DNA of 64,000 bases from an uncultured Ruminococcus sp. (GCA_958403905.1 CATXZD010000011.1:21181-85180); one strand, 5' to 3'; shown: positions 9,552-20,394, counted from the stretch's first letter. Notes: a model not told the origin generated them from the sequence alone. A program made the numbers and translations.

Positions 9552-9662
9552 TCTGATACCTCCAAAATATTACGAATATATTATAATTTACAGTTGTCAC
9601 GATTGCAAGAATAAAATTTTTACGCTATACTAAATAATACATAAAGGTAAAGGAGCGGACGT

Positions 9663-10610
9663 ATGAAAATTGTACTTACAGACGCACAGACAGTGTTGGA
9701 TAACCTTGTAAACGCAGATGTCCTGAAACAATTCGGTGAGGTGGAAGAATACGGACTTTTGAGGTATGACGAGGTAGCAGAAAAAATTGCAGATGCCGAT
9801 ATGGTGGTATGCAACAAGACATTGCTTGATAAAAACACACTAAGGCTTGCAAAAAATCTTAAATATATCGGACTTTTTGCAACAGGCTATAATAACATTG
9901 ATATAAATTACTGCAAAGAGCATAATATTGCAGTGTGCAACGCAGGCTCATACTCCACAAACGCAGTTGCACAGCACACCTTCGCGCTTATTTTGGAGCA
10001 TTTTAACAAAACTGCAAATTACAACAAATACGTTCAGGACGGATGTTGGAAACGCAGTAAAACGTTTTCTCCGTTTGTTTATCCGCTGGCAGAGCTTGCA
10101 GGAAAAACACTCGGAATTGTCGGATTCGGAAATATCGGCAGAGCCGTTGCCAAAATTGCAAATGCATTTGAGATGCGGGTAATTGCCTTCAACCGTTCCG
10201 AAAAACAGGCTGACGGCGTGGAATTCGTCAGCTTTAATGATTTGCTGAAAGAAAGCGACGTTGTTACAGTGCATTGCCCGCTTAACAGCGAGTCACAGGA
10301 TATGTTTGATAAAAACGCATTTGCAAAGATGAAAAAGGGCGCATTGTTTGTAAATACTGCTCGCGGAGGCGTTATGATTGAGCAGGATTTGTTTGACACA
10401 TTGCAGAGTGAACACCTCGGAGGTGCGGCAATTGACACGCTCAGAGTTGAGCCAATGGAGGAAAACTGTATACTTATGGGCGCAAAAAACTGCATTATGA
10501 CACCTCATATTGCGTGGGCGCCCGTTGAAACAAGAGTACGTCTTATGAATATTGTGGCGGAAAACATAAAAGCATTTCTAAGAGGAGCTTCCCAAAACCG
10601 AATTGTATGA
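9663..10610 (+). CDS. D-2-hydroxyacid dehydrogenase (glycerate dehydrogenase-like)
   Basis: ATGYNNID, GIVGFGNIG, HCPL, VNTARG, TPHIAW. Confidence 0.92.
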   Translation: MKIVLTDAQTVLDNLVNADVLKQFGEVEEYGLLRYDEVAEKIADADMVVCNKTLLDKNTLRLAKNLKYIGLFATGYNNIDINYCKEHNIAVCNAGSYSTNAVAQHTFALILEHFNKTANYNKYVQDGCWKRSKTFSPFVYPLAELAGKTLGIVGFGNIGRAVAKIANAFEMRVIAFNRSEKQADGVEFVSFNDLLKESDVVTVHCPLNSESQDMFDKNAFAKMKKGALFVNTARGGVMIEQDLFDTLQSEHLGGAAIDTLRVEPMEENCILMGAKNCIMTPHIAWAPVETRVRLMNIVAENIKAFLRGASQNRIV

Positions 10611-10702
10611 GCTTTTTCAAATCAAGTCATTGACAAAACCTTGCAAAAAACATTGACTTAAAAGCAAAAAAAGCGTACAATAAAGATTGATTGGGATGAT
10701 AA

Positions 10703-11935
10703 TTGATGAATAATGTCAACAGGACAAAATGGCTTCTTTCCTCACTTTCGGTTTTCAGAGGAATTATGAAAAGAAGCGTTGTTAAGGCTTATTACAAGCT
10801 GTTGCTATCGCTTGACAGCGATATTGATGAGTTTCTTAATGCTTACGGCGACTTTTTTTCGCTTATAAGCGAAAGAGGTTTCAGCGGCAGATTTGCCTAT
10901 GCAATGACCGAGGCTGCGCTGTTTGATGAAAACTGCTTTACAAGGGCTGCAGCAGCAGGAAAGTATGACACTCTGCCCGAAAATGTGCTCAAGGCTGTTA
11001 AGCGTGATTGCGAGGCTATTCTTGCGGCTTCGTCGCTTACGTCCGACGAAGTGCTCAAAGCCTACAAATACTACGATGAAATAAAGGAAATTGCCGACTT
11101 TCTTCCACGCTGGGAGGCAGGCGAATGTGCGCCAAGCTTTAAGATGTTTGACGGTTCGCTTAAAAATGTTGCTCAGTATTACAAAGAGAACGGCTGCGGA
11201 ATCTTTGCACGTTACAAAGCGTTTATCTGGCGTGACGGCGATATTCAGCCTGTTTTGCACCCTGACAGAATTGATATGGACTCCTTTACGGGCTACGAAA
11301 TTCAGAGGGATATGGTTGTGAACAACACAAGGTCATTTATCGAGGGCAAAAGCTGTAACAATTGTCTTCTTTACGGCGACAAGGGTACAGGCAAAAGCTC
11401 AACGGTTAAGGCTATTGCAAACAAGTTTCGCAAGGACGGCTTGAGGATTGTTGAAATTCCCAAGGAGCGCCTTATTGACTTTCCGATACTTGTTGACAAA
11501 ATCGCCGCACTTCCTATGAAGTTTATCATATTTATTGATGACCTTTCGTTCCAGAAACAGGATCAGAGCTACACGACGCTCAAGGCTGTTTTAGAGGGCG
11601 GACTTGCGGCTCGTCCCGACAATGCACTTATATATGCAACATCAAATCGACGTCATCTTGTCAAGGAAAGCTTTTCCGACAGAACCGATGATGATGTAAA
11701 TACACGTGACAATATGCAGGAGAGCCTTTCGCTGTCCGACCGCTTTGGTCTTGCAGTTTGTTACTCAATTCCCACCAAAAAAGAATTTGTCGATATTGTG
11801 TGCGCTCTTGCAAGGCAGAAGGGCATCAATATGAGCGATGAAGAGCTTGAAAAAGGTGCAGAGAGATTTGCTCTTTCAAGGGGCGGACGTTCGCCTCGTT
11901 GTGCAAAGCAGTATGTTGAATCGCTGTTTTGCTGA
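10703..11935 (+). CDS. DUF815 family AAA+ ATPase
   Basis: LLYGDKGTGKSS, IFIDDLSF, YATSNRRHLVKE, SLSDRFG, GGRSPR. Confidence 0.9.
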   Translation: MMNNVNRTKWLLSSLSVFRGIMKRSVVKAYYKLLLSLDSDIDEFLNAYGDFFSLISERGFSGRFAYAMTEAALFDENCFTRAAAAGKYDTLPENVLKAVKRDCEAILAASSLTSDEVLKAYKYYDEIKEIADFLPRWEAGECAPSFKMFDGSLKNVAQYYKENGCGIFARYKAFIWRDGDIQPVLHPDRIDMDSFTGYEIQRDMVVNNTRSFIEGKSCNNCLLYGDKGTGKSSTVKAIANKFRKDGLRIVEIPKERLIDFPILVDKIAALPMKFIIFIDDLSFQKQDQSYTTLKAVLEGGLAARPDNALIYATSNRRHLVKESFSDRTDDDVNTRDNMQESLSLSDRFGLAVCYSIPTKKEFVDIVCALARQKGINMSDEELEKGAERFALSRGGRSPRCAKQYVESLFC

Positions 11936-11996
11936 TAAAATTACGGGCAGTACCGCAAATTTCAGCGGAAAAGCCTGCGATAATCGGAGGAATAGT

Positions 11997-13292
11997 ATGA
12001 GAAAAAGAATAGTTTCAATTGCCCTTGTATTTATGCTTGCGCTGTCTGCGGCTGTTTTATTTTCGGGCTGCGGAAACGATGAATACCCTGTTGAGGTAGC
12101 CAATATTACAATAGCAAGCGAGCCAAAGAACATTGTTGTTCTTGACGCTCCCACTGCCGACATCATTTCGTATGCAGGATATGATATTAAAATGGTAGGC
12201 AGAAGTGACGAAGTAAATCAGGATTGGCTCAGCGTTGTTCCGAGCGTAGGTTCGCAGACTTCGCCAAATGTAGATAAAATAAAAACGTACGAGACTGACA
12301 TTGTTTTTGCAGGCGAAAACCTTGACAAAAATGTTAAGGAAAGCCTTGAAAAAGAGAATATTCAGGTTATAACAATGTCGCAGGCAAAAACCCCGAAAGC
12401 GCTTGAAACCAATTACGTTACTCTCGGAAAAATCCTTGGCGGAAAGGTAACAGGCTCAAACAAGGGAGCTTCTGCTTATGACGACCTTATCAGCAATATG
12501 GAAATGGTAAAGTCATCGGTTAAAACCGAGGTTAATTCGGATATTCTCTACACAGTATGTTATCTTTATTTTGAAGACAATAACTTAAAGCTTATGACAA
12601 GCGGCACATACGGCGATATGCTTCTCGGATATACAGGAGCGGTAAATGCAGCTGTCAATATTGATGAAAATAAGGTTGACGTAAACACATTAAAGGTTGC
12701 AAATCCAAACTTTATTTTCTATTCCGACGACGCTACGCTGAACGCAATTAAAGCCGACGCAGTGCTCGGTAAATTGACAGCAGTTACAGGCGGAAAGACT
12801 CTTATGGTAACTGCCGACGAGATGAATCGTCAGGGCAAAAGTGCTCTTAATACTCTTGACAAAATGGTAGGTTTTATGTACCCGTCACTCAATAAGAATA
12901 CGGCTACAAGGGACGAAGCAGCTAAAACAGCGGCGACTGTTGCTGCGTCAACAACTGCAAATAATAATAATCAGACAACAACCAATAATCAGACTGCAAC
13001 TACTGTGCCTGCAAACGCAGCAACAACTTCACTTGCTGATAAGTACAAGATTAAGCTTGACAAACTCACGCTAAAATATGAGGACGAAAACGGCAACATA
13101 AAGATTATGCAGCAGCGTTTGTATGACCTCGGATATATTGACGACAAGGAAAATATTACGGGCTATTACGGTGATGTTTCAAAAGCGGCTGTTAAAAGCT
13201 TCCAGACCAAAAACGGAATCAAGGCTACAGGTAACGCCGACAACGCAACACTTGTAAAGATGTTTGACAGCAATGCTGTTAAAAACGGATAA
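11997..13292 (+). CDS. Lipoprotein: BtuF/FhuD-like substrate-binding domain fused to a C-terminal peptidoglycan-binding domain
   Basis: Lipobox LFSGC; YPVEV..I..EPKNIVVL; Thr/Ala/Asn linker; MQQRLYDLGY..TGYYG..AVKSFQ..NGI.ATG; ATG after GGAGG. Confidence 0.8.
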   Translation: MRKRIVSIALVFMLALSAAVLFSGCGNDEYPVEVANITIASEPKNIVVLDAPTADIISYAGYDIKMVGRSDEVNQDWLSVVPSVGSQTSPNVDKIKTYETDIVFAGENLDKNVKESLEKENIQVITMSQAKTPKALETNYVTLGKILGGKVTGSNKGASAYDDLISNMEMVKSSVKTEVNSDILYTVCYLYFEDNNLKLMTSGTYGDMLLGYTGAVNAAVNIDENKVDVNTLKVANPNFIFYSDDATLNAIKADAVLGKLTAVTGGKTLMVTADEMNRQGKSALNTLDKMVGFMYPSLNKNTATRDEAAKTAATVAASTTANNNNQTTTNNQTATTVPANAATTSLADKYKIKLDKLTLKYEDENGNIKIMQQRLYDLGYIDDKENITGYYGDVSKAAVKSFQTKNGIKATGNADNATLVKMFDSNAVKNG

Positions 13293-13306
13293 TATAGTTA
13301 TATAGT

Positions 13307-13336
13307 AAAGCACCCGAGGGCACTCGGGTGCTTTTT
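13307..13336. terminator. Intrinsic terminator between convergent genes
   Basis: aaagcacccgag-ggca-ctcgggtgcttttt. Confidence 0.8.
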
Positions 13337-13377
13337 GTTATTTAAGTGTAAGAGCGTTTATAAATTAAAAGCAAACG

Positions 13378-13980
13378 TTAAATGTCAACTAAATCATCTT
13401 TTGTGATTTTTCGAATAACTCGGCACGGATTTCCTGCTGCAAAAACATTTGCGGGAATATCCCTTGTAACTACGCTTCCTGCACCGATTACTGAGCCTTT
13501 TCCGATTTTAACTCCGCCGCAGACCGTAACGTCTGAGGCAAGCCAGCAATCGTCTTCGATAGTAACAGGCTTTGCATACTCGTAGTTATACATGGTGCCG
13601 TCGTTTCTTTCACGAATACGGCGCTGTTCGGCAGACATAGGGTGTACGGGAGTTGCAATCGTACAGTTTGGTCCGAAAAACACACTACTGCCGATTTGTA
13701 CCTGACAACAGTCAAGCACAACAAGATTAAAATTTGCATAGCATTTTTCACCGAAGGTAGTGAAAACACCGTAGTCAAACTGAATCGGACCCTGAAGATA
13801 AGTGCCTTTGCCAAAATTCGGAAGAAGCTCTGATATAATTTCATTTCGCTTTTGTTCTTCGTCCTCATAAGTATCGTTATACTGTTTACAAAGCTTGTGA
13901 GCTTTTTTGCGCATTTCAGCAAGCTCGCTGTCGGAAGGGTCATATAATAAACCGTTCAGCATTTTTTCTTTTTCTGTCAT
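13378..13980 (-). CDS. Sugar O-acetyltransferase (maltose/galactoside type)
   Basis: MTEKEKMLNG, FDYG, hexapeptide repeats, GAGSVVTRDIP..GNPCRV. Confidence 0.92.
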   Translation of the reverse strand: MTEKEKMLNGLLYDPSDSELAEMRKKAHKLCKQYNDTYEDEEQKRNEIISELLPNFGKGTYLQGPIQFDYGVFTTFGEKCYANFNLVVLDCCQVQIGSSVFFGPNCTIATPVHPMSAEQRRIRERNDGTMYNYEYAKPVTIEDDCWLASDVTVCGGVKIGKGSVIGAGSVVTRDIPANVFAAGNPCRVIRKITKDDLVDI

Positions 13981-13993
13981 AATATATCTCTCC

Positions 13994-15193
13994 TTAATTT
14001 GTAACCTTTACTGTTATATCAACGCTTGTGCTTCTGTGCAGACTGTCGGTTACAGAATACGTTACCTTGTATTTGCCAACCCTTGACGTGACGACGTTGC
14101 CGGTTACAGCAACCTTTTCGGTAATATCATTTGAGCAGGTGTCAACTGCTTTTATGTTATTCATAGGCGAAAAACTTTCGTCCTTTTTTATTGTGCAGTT
14201 ATTTGCCCCTGTAATCTGCGGATTTTTGTTGTAGTAGGGATTTTTTCTGTTATCGTCTGTCGGATCCCATCCGCATTTTAAATTAGTAATTTTTATCGTA
14301 TCCGGCTTGCCGAGAGGACCTGGATTATCGTCATCGTAAATTGTAATACGTGTGTCGTAAGCGCAGTTATCGTAAATCCATTTTGTGTCGGAAACAGAAA
14401 GCCTTACACACCCGAGCGACGCATTTGTACCAAGCTTGTTAAACTCCTCAACCTCTAAATCATCGGGAGATTGAGTATAATACGGCACTGAATGAAAAAG
14501 ATAGTCACCCGATATTCCGCTGACATACTGGCCGTACACGTTATCAAAAAGCGGGTGCCATTCGTGCTTGAAGTAAATGCCGAATGTTCCTGTGATTGTA
14601 CCGTTGTTCTTTCCGCAAGAGCATACCATTGCCCTGATAGGAACGGTATATTCTCCGTTTTTATCATAGGTGTAAACAGTAACGCAGTTTTCTTTTCTGT
14701 TGACATGTATTTCGTAAGGATTTCTATTGCTGTTGTCGGCAAGATTTTTCTTTAACACATTTTCGTTTGCAGTAATACAGGTTGAAAATCTGTCAACTTT
14801 CTCTTCTTTTGCTTCGGTAACGGTAATTTTGCACTCGTATTTTTTGTTGTTGCTAAACAATGCCGTAATTGTTGCAGTTCCTGATTTTTTGGCGTCAACT
14901 CTGCCGCCGCTGTCAACACTTGCAATCGTAATGTCACTGCTTGTCCATTTACGCAGGCTCTTTTCTTCGTCCTTTGATATTGTAATAACCTTTGCTTCGC
15001 CCTCCGAGAGAATAAGAGGTTCTTTAGAGTCTATTTTATAAGTAGGATTTTCAATAGGAATTACTTTTGCAGGGGTTGTGTTGAACGTAGACTTATTTTC
15101 GTTATTAATATGTTTGACGCTTCCGAAAGCACTAAGAATGCAGGTAAACGTCAGAATAAAACATAAAAGGAAAATAAACAAGTATTTTTTCAT
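13994..15193 (-). CDS. Secreted L,D-transpeptidase (YkuD) with flanking Ig-like domains
   Basis: Signal peptide; Big_2-like WTSSD.TIASVD; LFHSVPY...LG..ASLGCVRL; C-terminal Ig-like domain. Confidence 0.88.
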   Translation of the reverse strand: MKKYLFIFLLCFILTFTCILSAFGSVKHINNENKSTFNTTPAKVIPIENPTYKIDSKEPLILSEGEAKVITISKDEEKSLRKWTSSDITIASVDSGGRVDAKKSGTATITALFSNNKKYECKITVTEAKEEKVDRFSTCITANENVLKKNLADNSNRNPYEIHVNRKENCVTVYTYDKNGEYTVPIRAMVCSCGKNNGTITGTFGIYFKHEWHPLFDNVYGQYVSGISGDYLFHSVPYYTQSPDDLEVEEFNKLGTNASLGCVRLSVSDTKWIYDNCAYDTRITIYDDDNPGPLGKPDTIKITNLKCGWDPTDDNRKNPYYNKNPQITGANNCTIKKDESFSPMNNIKAVDTCSNDITEKVAVTGNVVTSRVGKYKVTYSVTDSLHRSTSVDITVKVTN

Positions 15194-15316
15194 AACATAA
15201 CCTTTCAGAATATTACAAATTTTTAACTTTTTTACATTATAACTTTTTTTTGCAAATAAGGCAAGACATATTTTATTCCATTAAAAAATGTGGTAAAATG
15301 TATGTGGTGATTTTTT

Positions 15317-15868
15317 ATGGCACATCCAATTAAGCATTTTAAAACAATTACAAAACACAGGCACAAGGTTATTGCAAACTGCGCAAGAGCAGGCATACTT
15401 TTTCAGGGGTTAAGGCACGATTTGTCAAAATACAGCCCTACGGAGTTTATTCCGGGAGCGAGGTTTTTTCAGGGTGACAGAAGTCCCAACGAACGTGAGC
15501 GCGAGCTGTACGGATGTTCGCTTGCGTGGATGCACCACAAGGGACGAAACCGTCATCATTACGAATACTGGAACGATTATAATCCCAAAACAAGGCAGAT
15601 TGAAAACGTAGAAATGCCCGTTCGCTACGTAATAGAAATGTTTTGCGACCGCGTTGCGGCAAGTAAAATATACAACGGAAAAGATTATAAGGACAGCGAC
15701 CCGTTTACGTATTTTCTTCGCATAAAGGGAAAACACCGTATGCACCCGAACACGGAGGCACTGCTTGACAAACTGCTTGTAATGCTTCGTGACGAGGGCG
15801 AGGAAAAGACGTTTGCGTATATTAAAACCGAGTGCCTCGGACGTAAGACGCGCAAGAAAGACGATTAA
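15317..15868 (+). CDS. DUF5662 family protein
   Basis: HFKTITKH, HDLSKYSPTEF, AWMHHKGRNRHHYEYW, EMFCDRVAA. Confidence 0.85.
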   Translation: MAHPIKHFKTITKHRHKVIANCARAGILFQGLRHDLSKYSPTEFIPGARFFQGDRSPNERERELYGCSLAWMHHKGRNRHHYEYWNDYNPKTRQIENVEMPVRYVIEMFCDRVAASKIYNGKDYKDSDPFTYFLRIKGKHRMHPNTEALLDKLLVMLRDEGEEKTFAYIKTECLGRKTRKKDD

Positions 15869-15963
15869 AGTGAAAACATGATTGTCGCTTTGCGTAAGAA
15901 CATCAGCCGTGTCCGCAGAATATATGAAACGTGATTTTTTAAATCGACAGTCAGGAGAAACAT

Positions 15964-16458
15964 ATGAAAAAAATGGGCAAAGTGATTGAGGCTATGATAG
16001 AATATTATGGCACGGATTTAAGAAGAATAAACCATTTTTTAAAGGTTTTTTCATTTGCAAAAACAATCGGCGAGGGAGAACACCTTGATACAAACAACCA
16101 AAACCTGCTTGAGGTATCTGCAATCGTCCACGATATCGGCATAAAGCAAAGCGAGTTGAAATATAACTCAAGCGCAGGCAGGTATCAGGAGCTTGAAGGG
16201 CCGGCAGAAGCAGAAAAACTGCTTTTAAACATTGGCTATGACAGCGATTTTGTTGAAAAAGTCTGTTACCTTGTCGGTCATCATCATACATACAATCAGA
16301 TTGATTCAATGCCGTATCAGATTTTGGTTGAGGCGGATTTTCTTGTAAATCTTTTTGAGGACGGTGCAAGCGTCAGTGCCGTAAAAAAAGCAGAGGAAAA
16401 AATATTCAAAACATCTACAGGTATAAAACTGCTTAAAAAAATGTACTTTGGCAGGTAA
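15964..16458 (+). CDS. HD domain phosphohydrolase
   Basis: INHFLKV, VHDIG, VGHHHT, LVEADFLVN. Confidence 0.9.
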   Translation: MKKMGKVIEAMIEYYGTDLRRINHFLKVFSFAKTIGEGEHLDTNNQNLLEVSAIVHDIGIKQSELKYNSSAGRYQELEGPAEAEKLLLNIGYDSDFVEKVCYLVGHHHTYNQIDSMPYQILVEADFLVNLFEDGASVSAVKKAEEKIFKTSTGIKLLKKMYFGR

Positions 16459-16501
16459 TTTTTTTGCGAAACGCAGAAGTTTTTTTCTTGCCGTAAAGGT
16501 A

Positions 16502-16530
16502 TTGACAACAGACAAGAAAAATGTTATTTT
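16502..16530 (+). promoter_or_regulatory. Sigma-A promoter of the pfl operon
   Basis: TTGACA-N17-TATTTT with TG extension, just upstream of the riboswitch. Confidence 0.6.
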
Positions 16531-16534
16531 AAAG

Positions 16535-16636
16535 GTGTTATATGACTGACGGAACAGTGGAATTAACCACAGTGAAGTATAACGATTCAAAGCCGACCGT
16601 CTGGGCGAAAGCTCAGATAAAGTCGGCTTTTTTTAT
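16535..16636 (+). ncRNA. ZMP/ZTP riboswitch (pfl RNA motif) with overlapping intrinsic terminator
   Basis: GACTGACGGAA..GTGG..AACCAC..GCCGACCGTCTGGGC, followed by gtcggc + T-run; directly upstream of pflB. Confidence 0.93.
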
Positions 16637-16688
16637 TTAGCAAATTATACCAACATGATGCATATTTTTATTACACGGAGGTATTGTT

Positions 16689-18917
16689 ATGAGAAACGAA
16701 TGGAGAGAATTTAAAGGCGGCGCTTGGGAGAATGAAATTAATGTCAGAGATTTTATTCACAGAAACTACACTCCCTATTTTGGCGGCAGTGAATTTCTTG
16801 AAGGCCCCACACAGGCAACACTTGACCTTTGGGAACAGGTAAGCGAGCTTAAAAAGCAGGAAATTGAAGCAGGCGGCGTGCTTGATATGGATACAAAGGT
16901 TGTTTCAACAATTCTTTCACACGGTGCTGCATATATAGATAAAGACAAGGAGCAGATTGTCGGATTGCAGACAGACAAGCCATTAAAGCGCTCTCTCCAG
17001 CCCTACGGCGGAATCAGAATGGCTACTAAGGCTTGCAGAGATAACGGCTACGAGGTTGATCCCGAGATTACAGAGTTTTTTACAACTCACAGAAAAACCC
17101 ACAACGCAGGTGTGTTTGACGCCTATACTCCCGAAATGAGAAAATGCCGTACAAACCATATTATAACAGGACTTCCCGACGCTTACGGAAGAGGCAGAAT
17201 TATCGGCGATTACCGCCGTGTAGCGCTTTACGGCGTTGATCGCCTTATTGAGGACAAGCAGCATCAGAAGGATACAACAAGAATTATTATGTATTCTGAT
17301 GTTATCCGTGAGCGTGAGGAGCTTTCAGAGCAAATCAGATCGCTTCAGATGCTCAAGCAGATGGCTAACATTTACGGCTGTGATATTTCAAAGCCTGCCA
17401 CAAACTTTAAAGAGGCTGTACAGGCTGTGTACTTTGCATACCTTGCATCGGTTAAGGAACAGAACGGTGCGGCTATGAGTCTCGGCAGAACTTCAACATT
17501 CCTCGATATCTACGCTTATCGTGATCTTGCAGAGGGCACAATCACAGAAAAAGAAGTTCAGGAAATTGTCGATCACTTCATTATGAAGCTGAGAATGGTA
17601 TGCTTTGCACGTACTCCCGAATACAATCAGATTTTCGCAGGCGACCCCACATGGGTTACCGAGTCAATCGGCGGAATCGGAACTGACGGACGTCCGCTTG
17701 TTACAAAGATGTCGTTCCGTTACCTCAATACACTCAACAACATTGGTGCCGCTCCCGAACCAAACCTTACAGTTTTATGGTCAACTCAGCTTCCCGAAAA
17801 CTTTAAAAGTTTCTGTGCTGATATGTCAATTAAATATCATGCTGTTCAGTATGAAAACGACGATCTTATGCGTCCGCTTCACGGCGACGATTACGGTATT
17901 GCATGCTGTGTATCTTCAATGAAAATCGGCAAGGAAATGCAGTTCTTCGGCGCAAGAGCTAACCTTGCAAAGTGTTTGCTTTATGCAATCAACGGCGGTG
18001 TTGACGAGGTTACAGGCGATCAGGTTGGTCCTAAGTACCGTCCTGTTGAGGGCGATTACCTCGACTATGACGATGTAATGGACAAGTACAAGGCTATGAT
18101 GAAATGGCTTGCACAGGTTTATGTAAATGCACTCAACATCATTCACTATATGCACGATAAATACTCCTACGAGCGTTTGCAGATGGCTTTGCATGACAAG
18201 CACGTTACACGCTGGTTTGCAACAGGTATTGCAGGTTTCTCGGTTGTTGCCGACTCTCTTTCTGCAATTAAGTATGCAAAGGTTAAGGTTGTAAGAAACG
18301 AAAAGGGAATTGTTACCGACTACATCACCGAGGGCGATTTCCCGAAATACGGCAACGACGATGACCGAGTTGACGACATTGCCAAAGAGGTACTCCATAC
18401 GTTTATCAGTTACCTCAGGCAGAATCACACCTACCGCGGCGGTATTCCCACAACCTCAATCCTTACAATTACGTCTAACGTTTCCTACGGCAAGAACACA
18501 GGCTCAACTCCGGACGGCAGAAAGTACGGCGAGCCGTTTGCTCCCGGTGCAAACCCGATGCACGGCAGAGATTCCAACGGTGCAGTTGCTTCTCTTGCTT
18601 CCGTTGCAAAGCTTCCGTTTATGGACTCGCAGGACGGTATTTCAAATACATTTACCATTGTTCCGTCTGCACTCGGCAAAACCGATGAGCAGAGAAATCA
18701 TAACCTTGTTGCATTGCTTGACGGTTATATGCTCAAGGGAGGCTATCACCTCAACGTAAATGTGTTTGACAGAGAACTTCTTCTTGATGCCCAGAAGCAC
18801 CCCGAGCTTTATCCTCAGCTTACAATCCGTGTTTCAGGCTACGCTGTAAACTTTATCAAGCTTACTAAGGAACAGCAGGACGAGGTTATTTCAAGAACAT
18901 TCCATTCATCAATATAA
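16689..18917 (+). CDS. pflB: Pyruvate formate-lyase (formate C-acetyltransferase)
   Basis: [33 protein letters not shown] glycyl-radical loop. Confidence 0.98.
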   Translation: MRNEWREFKGGAWENEINVRDFIHRNYTPYFGGSEFLEGPTQATLDLWEQVSELKKQEIEAGGVLDMDTKVVSTILSHGAAYIDKDKEQIVGLQTDKPLKRSLQPYGGIRMATKACRDNGYEVDPEITEFFTTHRKTHNAGVFDAYTPEMRKCRTNHIITGLPDAYGRGRIIGDYRRVALYGVDRLIEDKQHQKDTTRIIMYSDVIREREELSEQIRSLQMLKQMANIYGCDISKPATNFKEAVQAVYFAYLASVKEQNGAAMSLGRTSTFLDIYAYRDLAEGTITEKEVQEIVDHFIMKLRMVCFARTPEYNQIFAGDPTWVTESIGGIGTDGRPLVTKMSFRYLNTLNNIGAAPEPNLTVLWSTQLPENFKSFCADMSIKYHAVQYENDDLMRPLHGDDYGIACCVSSMKIGKEMQFFGARANLAKCLLYAINGGVDEVTGDQVGPKYRPVEGDYLDYDDVMDKYKAMMKWLAQVYVNALNIIHYMHDKYSYERLQMALHDKHVTRWFATGIAGFSVVADSLSAIKYAKVKVVRNEKGIVTDYITEGDFPKYGNDDDRVDDIAKEVLHTFISYLRQNHTYRGGIPTTSILTITSNVSYGKNTGSTPDGRKYGEPFAPGANPMHGRDSNGAVASLASVAKLPFMDSQDGISNTFTIVPSALGKTDEQRNHNLVALLDGYMLKGGYHLNVNVFDRELLLDAQKHPELYPQLTIRVSGYAVNFIKLTKEQQDEVISRTFHSSI

Positions 18918-18961
18918 AATAACAGCAGGGCGGATATTTAATTTATCCGCCCGATTGAATA

Positions 18962-19139
18962 TAAGGAAACACTGAATAAATCACACGTATAAGTTGTTTG
19001 CGCATCTTGCTTGCATATTTTCCGCCGGCTTGCCCAAAAAATCCTCGTAATGCGTCAGCATTACTGCGGTTTATTGGCTCCACCTGACGAAAAATCTGAC
19101 GGCGAAATATGCACAAACGATTTAATCAGTGTTTCCTTA
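18962..19139. mobile_element. 178-bp MITE-like non-autonomous element between pflB and pflA
   Basis: 21-bp terminal inverted repeats taaggaaacactgaataaatc / gatttaatcagtgtttcctta (1 mismatch), TA at both ends, non-coding. Confidence 0.75.
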
Positions 19140-19177
19140 ATACTGAATTTCTGAGGGAATTAGTATGAGGTGAAACT

Positions 19178-19909
19178 ATGACAGGCAAAATTCATTCCTT
19201 TGAATCTTTCGGCACGGTTGACGGCCCAGGCATACGTTTTGTTGTTTTCTTTCAGGGCTGTCCTATGCGCTGCCTTTACTGCCACAATCCCGACACATGG
19301 ACGGTGAACGCAGGAACAGAATATAAAGCCGAGCAGATTATCGAAAAAATTGAACGCAACAAGCCATTTTATACTACCGGAGGACTTACCGCAACAGGCG
19401 GAGAGCCTATGCTTCAGCTTGACTTTCTGATTGAGCTTTTCACTCTTGCAAAGAACAGGGGAATAAACACCTGCCTTGATACGTCAGGAGTTATGTTCGA
19501 CAGAAACAACAGCGAGCGTATGGAGAAAATTGACAGGCTTTTGAAGGTGTGTGACCTCGTTATGCTTGATATTAAGCATATTGATGATGATGAGCACAAA
19601 AAGCTGACAACTCATTCTAATAAAAATATTCTCGACTTCGCACGTTTTCTTGACGAAAAAAATATGCCTATGCGTATCCGCCACGTTATTGTTCCAAACA
19701 TTACGGACAAGCGGGAGGAGCTTTTTAGACTCGGTCAGTTTTTAAAGCCGTTTAATAATATTGAAAAAATTGAAACCTTGCCGTATCATACGCTTGGCAA
19801 GGTAAAATACGATAATCTCGGGATTGATTATCCGCTTGGCGATACGCCTCAGCTTACTGAGAGCGACGCTGAAAAAGCGCTTGAAGTTATCAGGGAGGGT
19901 ATGCAGTGA
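19178..19909 (+). CDS. pflA: Pyruvate formate-lyase activating enzyme
   Basis: GTVDGPGIRFV, CPMRCLYCHNPDTW radical SAM motif. Confidence 0.97.
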   Translation: MTGKIHSFESFGTVDGPGIRFVVFFQGCPMRCLYCHNPDTWTVNAGTEYKAEQIIEKIERNKPFYTTGGLTATGGEPMLQLDFLIELFTLAKNRGINTCLDTSGVMFDRNNSERMEKIDRLLKVCDLVMLDIKHIDDDEHKKLTTHSNKNILDFARFLDEKNMPMRIRHVIVPNITDKREELFRLGQFLKPFNNIEKIETLPYHTLGKVKYDNLGIDYPLGDTPQLTESDAEKALEVIREGMQ

Positions 19910-20394
19910 ATACACCGCAAAGCATAGTGCATCCGTTTCCTCCGCTGTTTGATAGAAATTCAAGTGTTCTTATACTTGGCAGTTTTCCGTCGGTTAAGTC
20001 AAGAGAGCAGAATTTCTTTTACGGTCATCCGCAAAACCGATTCTGGAAACTTATTTCATTGCTGTTCGACGAGGAAATTCCTCAGAGCATAGACGAGAAA
20101 AAACGGCTTATTTTAAAGCACAACCTTGCGCTTTGGGATGTTATTCATTCCTGCACGGTAACAGGCTCAAGCGACAGCTCAATAAAGGACGTTGTGCCGA
20201 ACGATTTGTCGGTAATTCTGCAAAACAGCAGGGTTGACAGGATTTTTGCAAACGGAGCGTTGTCGCATAAAATGTATATGAAGTACATCTTTCCTAAGAC
20301 AGGTATAGAGGCAGTAAAGCTTCCGTCAACCAGTCCTGCAAATGCGGCATTTTCGCTTGACAGACTTGCCGAAAACTGGAAGATAGTAAAATAA
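19906..20394 (+). CDS. DNA-deoxyinosine glycosylase (UDG superfamily)
   Basis: LILGSFPSVKS, FFYGHPQNRFW, LPSTSPANA. Confidence 0.9.
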   Translation: MNTPQSIVHPFPPLFDRNSSVLILGSFPSVKSREQNFFYGHPQNRFWKLISLLFDEEIPQSIDEKKRLILKHNLALWDVIHSCTVTGSSDSSIKDVVPNDLSVILQNSRVDRIFANGALSHKMYMKYIFPKTGIEAVKLPSTSPANAAFSLDRLAENWKIVK

